DNA of 64,000 bases from Eledone cirrhosa (taxonomy: Eukaryota): NCBI GenBank assembly GCA_964016885.1, contig OZ024742.1, positions 165,478,001 to 165,542,000 on the forward strand, written 5' to 3'. This document shows, piece after piece, positions 53,991 to 64,000 of the stretch (position 1 is its first letter; each line of letters starts with the position of its first letter). The notes beneath the pieces are model-generated. The model was not told the DNA's origin and made no database searches. It worked only from the letters and a program-made list of their open reading frames with translations. The position numbers were made by a program, and so were the translations under genes.

Positions 53991-56900
53991 AAATTATCTC
54001 CCCTTGGACGGCTGGAAATTATATCCCCTTGGACGGCTGGAAATTACCTCCCCTTGGACAGCTGGAAATTATCTGCCCTTGATTTTGTTTTTACAAATTA
54101 TCTCCCCCTGATTTTTTTTACAAATTATCTCCACCTGATTTTTTAAAAAATTATCTCCCCTTGGACGGCTGGAAATTATCTCCCCTTGATTTTTTTTACA
54201 AATTATCTCCCCCTGATTTTTTTTTACAAATTATCTCCCCCTGATTTTTTTTTACAAATTATCTCCCACTGATTTTTTTTTACAAATTATCTGCCCCTGA
54301 TTTTTTTTACAAATTATCTCCCCCTGATTTTTTTACAAATTATCTCCCCTTGGCTGGCTGGAAATTATCTCCCCTTGGAGGCTGGAATTTATCTCCCCTT
54401 GGACGGCTAGAAATTACCTCTCCTTGGACGGCTGGAAAATATTTCTCCTTGGACGGCTGGATATTATCTACCCTTGGACGGGTGGAAATTATCTCCCCTT
54501 GGACGGCTGGAAATTATCTCCCCTTGGACGGCTAGATATTACCTCCCCTTGGACGACTGGAAATTATCTCCCCTTGATTTTTTTTACAAATTATCTCCCC
54601 CTGATTTTTTTTTTACAAATTATCTCCCCCTGATTTTTTTTACAAATTATCTCCGCCTGATTTTTTTAAATATTATCTTCTCTTGGCTGGCGGGAAATTA
54701 TCTCCCCTTGGACGGCTGAAAATTATCTCCCCTTGGACGGCTGGAAATTATCTCCCCTTGATTTTTTTTACAAATTATCTCCCCCTGATTTTTTTTTACA
54801 AATTATCTCCCCCTGATTTTTTTTTACAAATTATCTCCCCCTGATTTTTTTTTTACAAATTATCTCCCCCTGATTTATTTACAAATTATCTCCCCCTGAT
54901 TTTTTTTACAAATTATCTCCGACTGATTTTTTTAAATATTATCTTCTCTTGGCTGGCGGGAAATTATCTCCCCTTGGACGGCTGAAAATTATCTCCCCTT
55001 GGACGGCTGGAAATTATCTCCCCTTGATTTTTTTTACAAATTATCTCCCCCTGATTTTTTTTTACAAATTATCTCCCCCTGATTTTTTTTTACAAATTAT
55101 CTCCCCCTGATTTTTTTTTACAAATTATCTCCCCTGATTTTTTTTACAAATTATCTCCCCCTGATTTTTTTACAAATTATCTCCCCTTGGCTGGCTGGAA
55201 ATTATCTCCCCTTGGAGGCTGGAATTTATCTCCCCTTGGACGGCTAGAAATTACCTCTCCTTGGACGGCTGGAAAATATGTCCTTGGACGGCTGGATATT
55301 ATCTACCCTTGGACGGCTGGAAATTATCTCTCCTCGGACGACTAGAAATTACCTCTCCTTGGACAGCTGAAAATTATCTCCCCTTGGACGGCTGGAAATT
55401 ATCTCCCCTTGATTTTTTTTACAAATTATCTCCCCCTGATTTATTTTACAAATTATCTCCCCCTGATTTTTTTTTACAAATTATCTCCCCCTGATTTTTT
55501 TTACAAATTATCTCCCCCTGATATTTTTTACAAATTATCTCCCCCTGATTTTTTTACAAATTATCTCCCCTTGGCTGGCTGGAAATTATCTACCCTTGGA
55601 GGCTGGAATTTATCTCCCCTTGGACGGCTAGAAATTACCTCGCCTTGGACGGCTGGAAAATATGTCTCCTTGGACGGCTGGAAATTATCTCCCCTTGGAC
55701 GGCTGGAAATTATCTCCCCTTGGACGGCTGGAAATTATCTCCCCTTGGACGGCTAGATATTACCTCCCCTTGGACGGCTGGAAATTATCTCCCCTTGATT
55801 TTTTTTACAAATTATCTCCCCCTGATTTTTTTTTACAAATTATCTCCCCCTGATTTTTTTTTACGAAGTATCTCCCCCTGATTTTTTTTTACAAATTATC
55901 TCCGCCTGATTTTTTTTAAAAAATTATCTCCCCTTGAACGGCTGGAAATTATCTCCCCTTGGACGGCTGGAAATTATCTCCCCTTGGACGGCTAGAAATT
56001 ACCTCTCCTTGGACGGCTGAAAATTATCTCCCATTGGACGGCTGCAAATTATCTCCCCTTGATTTTTTAACAAATTATCTCCCCCTGATTTTTTTTTACA
56101 AATTATCTCCCCCTGATTTTTTTTTACAAATTATCTACGCCTAATTTTTTTTACAAATTATCTCCCCCTGATTTTTTTTTACAAATTATCTCCCCCTGAT
56201 TTTTTTTACAAATTATCTCCCCCTGATTTTTTTTTACAAATTATTTCCCCCTGATTTTTTTACAAATTATCTCCCCCCTGATTTTTTTTACAATCTCCGC
56301 CTGATTTTTTTAAAAATTATCTTCCCTTGGCTGGCGGGAAATTATCTCCCCTTGGACGGCTGGAAATTATATCCCCTTGGAAGGATGGAAATTATCTCCC
56401 CTTGGACGGCTGGAAATTATCTCCCCTTGGACGGCTGGAAATTATCTCCCCTTGGACAGCTGGAAATTATCTGTCCTTGATTTTGTTTTTACAAATTATC
56501 TCCCCCTGATTTTTTTTACAAATTATCTCCACCTGATTTTTTAAAAAATTATCTCCCCTTGGACGGCTGGAAATTATCTCCCCTTGATTTTTTTTACAAA
56601 TTATCTCCCCCTGATTTTTTTTTACAAATTATCTCCCCCTGATTTTTTTTTACAAATTATCTCCCCCTGATTTTTTTTTACAAATTATCTCACCCTGATT
56701 TTTTTTACAAATTATCTCTCCCTGATTTTTTTACAAATTATCTCCCCTTGGCTGGCTGGAAATTATCTCCCCTTGGAGGCTGGAATTTATCTCCCCTTGG
56801 ACGGCTAGAAATTACCTCTCCTTGGACGGCTGGAAAATATGTCTCCTTGGACGGCTGGATATTATCTACCCTTGGACGGCTGGAAATTATCTCCCCTTGG

Positions 56901-59900
56901 ACGGCTGGAAATTATCTCCTCTTGGACGGCTAGATATTACCTCCCCTTGGACGGCTGGAAATTATCTCCCCTTGATTTTTTTACAAATTATCTCCCCCTG
57001 ATTTTTTTACAAATTATCTCCCCCTGATTTTTTTTACAAATTATCTCCGCCTAATTTTTTTAAATATTATCTTCCCTTGGCTGGCGGGAAATTATCTCCC
57101 CTTGGACGGCTGAAAATTATCTCCCCTTGGACGGCTGGAAATTATCTCCCCTTGATTTTTTTTACAAATTATCTCCCCCTGATTTTTTTTTACAAATTAT
57201 CTCCCCCTGATTTTTTTTACAAATTATCTCCCCCTGATTTTTTTACAAATTATCTCCCCTTGGCTGGCTGGAAATTATCTCCCCTTGGAGGCTGGAATTT
57301 ATCTCCCCTTGGACGGCTAGAAATTACCTCTCCTTGGAAGGCTGGAAAATATGTCCTTGGACGGCTGGATATTATCTACCCTTGGACGGCTGGAAATTAT
57401 CTCCCCTTGGACGGCTGGAAATTATCTCCCCTTGGACGGCTAGATATTACCTCCCCTTGGACGGCTGAAAATTATCTCCCCTTGGACGGCTGGAAATTAT
57501 CTCCCCTTGATTTTTTTTTACAAATTATCTCCCCCTGATTATTTTTTACAAATTATCCCCTGATTTTTTTTTTACAAATTATCTCCCCCTGATTTTTTTA
57601 CAAATTATCTCCCCTTGGCTGGCTGGAAATTATCTCCCATTGGAGGCTGGAATTTATCTCCCCTTGGACGGTTAGAAATTACCTCCCCTTGGACGGCTGG
57701 AAAATATGTCTCCTTGGACGGCTGGAAATTATCGCGCCTTGGACGGCTGGAAATTATCTCCCCTTGGACGGCTGGAAATTATCTCTCATCGGACGGCTAG
57801 AAATTACCTCTCCTTGGACAGCTGAAAATTATCTCCCCTTGGACGGCTGGAAATTATCTCCCCTTGATTTTTTTTACAAATTATCTCCCCCTGATTTTTT
57901 TTTACAAATTATCTCCCCCTGATTTTTTTTTACAAATTATCTCCCCCTGATTTTTTTTTACAAATTATCTCCCCCTGATATTTTTTACAAATTATCTCCC
58001 CCTGATTTTTTTACAAATTATCTCCCCTTGGCTGGCTGGAAATTATCTCCCCTTGGAGGCTGGAATTTATCTCCCCTTGGACGGCTAGAAATTACCTCGC
58101 CTTGGACGGCTGGAAAATATGTCTCCTTCGACGGCTGGAAATTATCTCCCCTTGGACGGCTGGAAATTATCTCCCCTTGGACAGCTGGAAATTATCTCCC
58201 CTTGGACGGCTAGATATTACCTCCCCTTGGACGGCTGGAAATTATCTCCCCTTGATTTTTTTCACAAATTATCTCCCCCTGATTTTTTTTTACAAATTAT
58301 CTCCCCCTGATTTTTTTTTACGAATTATCTCCCCCCGATTTTTTTTTACAAATTATCTCCGCCTGATTTTTTTTAAAAAATTATCTCCCCTTGAACGGCT
58401 GGAAATTATCTCCCCTTGGACGGCTGGAAATTATCTCCCCTTGGACGGCTAGAAATTACCTCTCCTTGGACGGCTGAAAATTATCTCCCCTTGGACGGCT
58501 GCAAATTATCTCCCCTTGATTTTTTAACAAATTATCTCCCCCTGATTTTTTTTTACAAATTATCTCCCCCTGATTTTTTTTTACAAATTATCTCCCCCTG
58601 ATTTTTTTTTACAAATTATCTCCCCCTGATTTTTTTTACAATCTCCGCCTGATTTTTTAAAAAATTATCTTCCCTTGGCTGGCGGGAAATTATCTCCCCT
58701 TGGACGGCTGGAAATTATCTCCCCTTGATTTTTTTACAAATTATCTCCCCCTGATTTTTTTTACAAATTATCTCCCCCTGATTTTATGTTACAAATTATC
58801 TCCCCCTGATTTTTTTACAAATTATCTCCCCCTGATTTTTTTTACAAATTATCTCCGCCTGATTTTTTTAAATATTATCTTCCCTTGGCTGGCGGGAAAT
58901 TATCTCCCCTTGGACGGCTGGAAATTATCTCCCCTTGATTTTTTTTACAAATTATCTCCCCCTGATTTTTTTTTACAAATTATCTCCCCCTGATTTTTTT
59001 TTACAAATTATCTCCCCCTGATTTTTTTTTACAAATCTCCCCCTGATTTTTTTATAAATTATCTCCCCTTGGCTGGCTGGAAATTATCTCCCCTTGGAGG
59101 CTGGAATTTATCTCCCCTTGGACGGCTAGAAATTACCTCTCCTTGGATGGCTGGAAAATATGTCTCCTTGGACGGCTGGATATTATCTACCCTTGGACGG
59201 CTGGAAATTATCTCCCCTTGGACGGCTGGAAATTATCTCCCCTTGGACGGCTAGATATTACCTCCCATTGGACGGCTGGAAATTATCTCCCCTTGATTTT
59301 TTTTACAAATTATCTCCCCCTGATTTTTTTTTACGAATTATCTCCCCCTGATTTTTTTTTACAAATTATCTCCGCCTGATTTTTTTTTTAAAATTATCTC
59401 CCCTTGAACGGCTGGAAATTATCTCCCCTTGGACGGCTGGAAATTATCTCCCCTTGGACGGCTAGAAATTACCTCTCCTTGGACTGCTGAAAATTATCTC
59501 CCCTTGGACGGCTGCAAATTATCTCCCCTTGATTTTTTTAACAAATTATCTCCCCCTGATTTTTTTTTACAAATTATCTCCCCCTGATTTTTTTTTACAA
59601 ATTATCTACGCCTAATTTTTTTTACAAATTATCTCCCCCTGATTTTTTTTTACAAATTATCTCCCCCTGATTTTTTTTACAAATTATCTCCCCCTGATTT
59701 TTTTTACAAATTATCTCCCCCTGATTTTTTTACAAATTATCTCCCCCCTGATTTTTTTACAATCTCCGCCTGATTTTTTTAAAAATTATCTTCCCTTGGC
59801 TGGCGGGAAATTATCTCCCCTTGGACGGCTGGAAATTATATCCCCTTGGAAGGATGGAAATTATCTCCCCTTGGACGGCTGGAAATTATCTCCCCTTGGA

Positions 59901-61110
59901 CGGCTGGAAATTACCTCCCCTTGGACAGCTGGAAATTATCTGCCCTTGATTTTGTTTTTACAAATTATCTCCCCCTGATTTTTTTTACAAATTATCTCCA
60001 CCTGATTTTTTAAAAAATTATCTCCCCTTGGACGGCTGGAAATTATCTCCCCTTGGACGGCTGGAAATTATCTCCCCTTGATTTTTTTTACAAATTATCT
60101 CCCCCTGATTTTTTTTTACAAATTATCTCCCCCTGATTTTTTTTACAAATTATCTCCCCCTGATTTTTTTTTACAAATTATTTCCCCCTGATTTTTTTAC
60201 AAATTATCTCCCCCCTGATTTTTTTTACAATCTCCGCCTGATTTTTTTAAAAATTATCTTCCCTTGGCTGGCGGGAAATTATCTCCCCTTGGACGGCTGG
60301 AAATTATATCCCCTTGGAAGGATGGAAATTATCTCCCCTTGGACGGCTGGAAATTATCTCCCCTTGGACGGCTGGAAATTATCTCCCCTTGGACAGCTGG
60401 AAATTATCTGCCCTTGATTTTGTTTTTACAAATTATCTCCCCCTGATTTTTTTTACAAATTATCTCCACCTGATTTTTTAAAAAATTATCTCCCCTTGGA
60501 CGGCTGGAAATTATCTCCCCTTGATTTTTTTTACAAATTATCTCCCCCTGATTTTTTTTTACAAATTATCTCCCCCTGATTTTTTTTACAAATTATCTCC
60601 CCCTGATTTTTTTTTACAAATTATCTCACCCTGATTTTTTTTACAAATTATCTCTCCCTGATTTTTTTACAAATTATCTCCCCTTGGCTGGCTGGAAATT
60701 ATCTCCCCTTGGAGGCTGGAATTTATCTCCCCTTGGACGGCTAGAAATTACCTCTCCTTGGACGGCTGGAAAATATGTCTCCTTGGACGGCTGGATATTA
60801 TCTACCCTTGGACGGCTGGAAATTATCTCCCCTTGGACGGCTGGAAATTATCTCCTCTTGGACGGCTAGATATTACCTCCCCTTGGACGGCTGGAAATTA
60901 TCTCCCCTTGATTTTTTTACAAATTATCTCCCCCTGATTTTTTTACAAATTATCTCCCCCTGATTTTTTTTACAAATTATCTCCGCCTAATTTTTTTAAA
61001 TATTATCTTCCCTTGGCTGGCGGGAAATTATCTCCCCTTGGACGGCTGAAAATTATCTCCCCTTGGACGGCTGGAAATTATCTCCCCTTGATTTTTTTTA
61101 CAAATTATCT
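53991..61110 (+). repeat. ~7-kb duplicated block, copy 2
   Basis: Collinear variant order with 12246-19280, including TCTTCTCTTGG twice, GATTTATTTAC and GGACTGCTGA. Confidence 0.88.
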
Positions 61111-64000
61111 CCCCCTGATTTTTTTTTACAAATTATCTCCCCCTGATTTTTTTTTACAAATTATCTCCCCCTGATTTTTTTTTACAAATTATCTCCCCCT
61201 GATATTTTTTACAAATTATCTCCCCCTGATTTTTTTACAAATTATCTCCCCTTGGCTGGCTGGAAATTATCTCCCCTTGGAGGCTGGAATTTATCTCCCC
61301 TTGGACGGCTAGAAATTACCTCGCCTTGGATGGCTGGAAAATATGTCTCCTTGGACGGCTGGAAATTATCTCCCCTTGGACGGCTGGAAATTATCTCCCC
61401 TTGGACAGCTGGAAATTATCTCCCCTTGGACGGCTAGATATTACCTCCCCTTGGACGGCTGGAAATTATCTCCCCTTGATTTTTTTTACAAATTATCTCC
61501 CCCTGATTTTTTTTTACAAATTATCTCCCCCTGATTTTTTTTTACGAATTATCTCCCCCCGATTTTTTTTTACAAATTATCTCCGCCTGATTTTTTTTTA
61601 AAAATTATCTCCCCTTGAACGGCTGGAAATTATCTCCCCTTGGACGGCTGGAAATTATCTCCCCTTGGACGGCTAGAAATTACCTCTCCTTGGACGGCTG
61701 AAAATTATCTCCCCTTGGACGGCTGCAAATTATCTCCCCTTGATTTTTTAACAAATTATCTCCCCCTGATTTTTTTTTACAAATTATCTCCCCCTGATTT
61801 TTTTTTACAAATTATCTCCCCCTGATTTTTTTTTACAAATTATCTCCCCCTGATTTTTTTACAAATTATCTCCCCCTGATTTTTTTTACAATCTCCGCCT
61901 GATTTTTTAAAAAATTATCTTCCCTTGGCTGGCGGGAAATTATCTCCCCTTGGACGGCTGGAAATTATCTCCCCTTGGACGGCTGGAAATTATCTCCCCT
62001 TGGACAGCTGGAAATTATCTGCCCTTGATTTTGTTTTTACAAATTATCTCCCCCTGATTTTTTTTACAAATTATCTCCACCTGATTTTTTAAAAAATTAT
62101 CTCCCCTTGGACGGCTGGAAATTATCTCCCCTTGATTTTTTTACAAATTATCTCCCCCTGATTTTTTTTACAAATTATCTCCCCCTGATTTTATGTTACA
62201 AATTATCTCCCCCTGATTTTTTTACAAATTATCTCCCCCTGATTTTTTTTACAAATTATCTCCGCCTGATTTTTTTAAATATTATCTTCCCTTGGCTGGC
62301 GGGAAATTATCTCCCCTTGGACGGCTGGAAATTATCTCCCCTTGATTTTTTTTACAAATTATCTCCCCCTGATTTTTTTTTACAAATTATCTCCCCCTGA
62401 TTTTTTTTTACAAATTATCTCCCCCTGATTTTTTTTTACAAATTATCTCCCCCTGATTTTTTTTTACAAATCTCCCCCTGATTTTTTTATAAATTATCTC
62501 CCCTTGGCTGGCTGGAAATTATCTCCCCTTGGAGGCTGGAATTTATCTCCCCTTGGACGGCTAGAAATTACCTCTCCTTGGATGGCTGGAAAATATGTCT
62601 CCTTGGACGGCTGGATATTATCTACCCTTGGACGGCTGGAAATTATCTCCCCTTGGACGGCTGGAAATTATCTCCCCTTGGACGGCTAGATATTACCTCC
62701 CATTGGACGGCTGGAAATTATCTCCCCTTGATTTTTTTTACAAATTATCTCCCCCTGATTTTTTTTTACGAATTATCTCCCCCTGATTTTTTTTTACAAA
62801 TTATCTCCGCCTGATTTTTTTTTTAAAATTATCTCCCCTTGAACGGCTGGAAATTATCTCCCCTTGGACGGCTGGAAATTATCTCCCCTTGGACGGCTAG
62901 AAATTACCTCTCCTTGGACGGCTGAAAATTATCTCCCCTTGGACGGCTGCAAATTATCTCCCCTTGATTTTTTTAACAAATTATCTCCCCCTGATTTTTT
63001 TTTACAAATTATCTCCCCCTGATTTTTTTTACAAATTATCTACGCCTAATTTTTTTTACAAATTATCTCCCCCTGATTTTTTTTTACAAATTATCTCCCC
63101 CTGATTTTTTTTACAAATTATCTCCCCTTGGCTGGCTGGAAATTATCTCCCCTTGGAGGCTGGAATTTATCTCCCCTTGGACGGTTAGAAATTACCTCTC
63201 CTTGGACTGCTGGAAAATATGTCTCCTTGGACGGCTGGAAATTATCTCCCCTTGGACGGCTGGAAATTATCTCCCCTTGGACGGCTGGAAATTATCTCTC
63301 CTCGGACGACTAGAAATTACCTCTCCTTGGACAGCTGAAAATTATCTCCCCTTGGACGGCTGGAAATTATCTCCCCTTGATTTTTTTTACAAATTATCTC
63401 CCCCTGATTTATTTTACAAATTATCTCCCCCTGATTTTTTTTTACAAATTATCTCCCCCTGTTTTTTTTTACAAATTATCTCCCCCTGATATTTTTTACA
63501 AATTATCTCCCCCTGATTTTTTTACAAATTATCTCCCCTTGGCTGGCTGGAAATTATCTACCCTTGGAGGCTGGAATTTATCTCCCCTTGGACGGCTAGA
63601 AATTACCTCGCCTTGGACGGCTGGAAAATATGTCTCCTTGGACGGCTGGAAATTATCTCCCCTTGGACGGCTGGAAATTATCTCCCCTTGGACGGCTGGA
63701 AATTATCTCCCCTTGGACGGCTAGATATTACCTCCCCTTGGACGGCTGGAAATTATCTCCCCTTGATTTTTTTTACAAATTATCTCCCCCTGATTTTTTT
63801 TTACAAATTATCTCCCCCTGATTTTTTTTTACGAAGTATCTCCCCCTGATTTTTTTTTACAAATTATCTCCGCCTGATTTTTTTTTAAAAATTATCTCCC
63901 CTTGAACGGCTGGAAATTATCTCCCCTTGGACGGCTGGAAATTATCTCCCCTTGGACGGCTAGAAATTACCTCTCCTTGGACGGCTGAAAATTATCTCCC
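61074..64000 (+). repeat. ~2.9-kb near-identical copy of ~7089-10015
   Basis: Constant offset 53985 for ORFs 7267/61252, 7655/61640, 8122/62107, 8519/62504, 9143/63128 and 9628/63613. Confidence 0.9.

Larger units (their letters stand above)
1..64000 (+). repeat. Compound satellite DNA array of two related monomers (A 25 bp; B 26-29 bp), single orientation, extending beyond both window edges
   Basis: The core AAATTATCTCCCC(C/T)TG or a close variant recurs every ~21-29 bp from the first base to the last. It is followed by GACGGCTGG (A) or A-T7-10-AC (B). I saw no reverse-complement copies and no non-repeat insertions. Confidence 0.99.

Noticed and set aside
385-63849. Hundreds of 60-170 aa plus-strand ORFs with leucine-rich-looking repeats
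   Set aside because: They overlap in all three frames with the same peptide cycle, as expected from a stop-free 25-bp unit. Starts are mostly TTG and there is no frame preservation, so they are not LRR or other real proteins.
1-64000. CRISPR-like constant repeat plus spacer
   Set aside because: The core is only 16 bp and the 'spacers' are 9-13 nt of just two recurring types rather than unique sequences. There is no leader and no cas gene.
1-64000. Telomerase-synthesised repeat (C-rich strand, 25-bp unit as in some budding yeasts; TCAGG on the minus strand)
   Set aside because: Point variants are inherited in multi-kb collinear blocks, which indicates DNA-level duplication rather than repeated copying of an RNA template. 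It matches no telomere motif I recognise. A subtelomeric or recombination-maintained terminal location is not excluded.
1-64000. Pure sequencing or assembly artefact
   Set aside because: Structured, position-specific variants with nested copy relationships argue for a real array. Exact block order and copy number still need read-level validation.

Overview
The whole 64-kb window is one uninterrupted head-to-tail satellite DNA array. I saw no unique sequence, genes, RNA genes or transposon coding sequence. Roughly 2,400-2,500 monomers (estimated from length, not counted) belong to two related types that share the core AAATTATCTCCCC-Y-TG. Type A is 25 bp and 52% GC (AAATTATCTCCCCTTGGACGGCTGG). 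Type B is 26-29 bp and about 30% GC (AAATTATCTCCCCCTGA-T7-10-AC). Runs of A (1-12 units) alternate with runs of B (up to 15 units) in a few stereotyped, variant-marked blocks. These blocks are reshuffled in near-identical duplications of 0.8-7 kb, with no single higher-order period. The centre (~33-53 kb) carries its own variants, including two copies of a more diverged island. All listed ORFs are by-products of the repeat. The organism and chromosomal location (centromeric, pericentromeric or subtelomeric) cannot be determined; a eukaryote is inferred. Block boundaries were aligned by eye with help from ORF-track offsets and are approximate. I found no evidence of a protein- or RNA-encoded system; the interest lies in the architecture and mutation patterns of the array.
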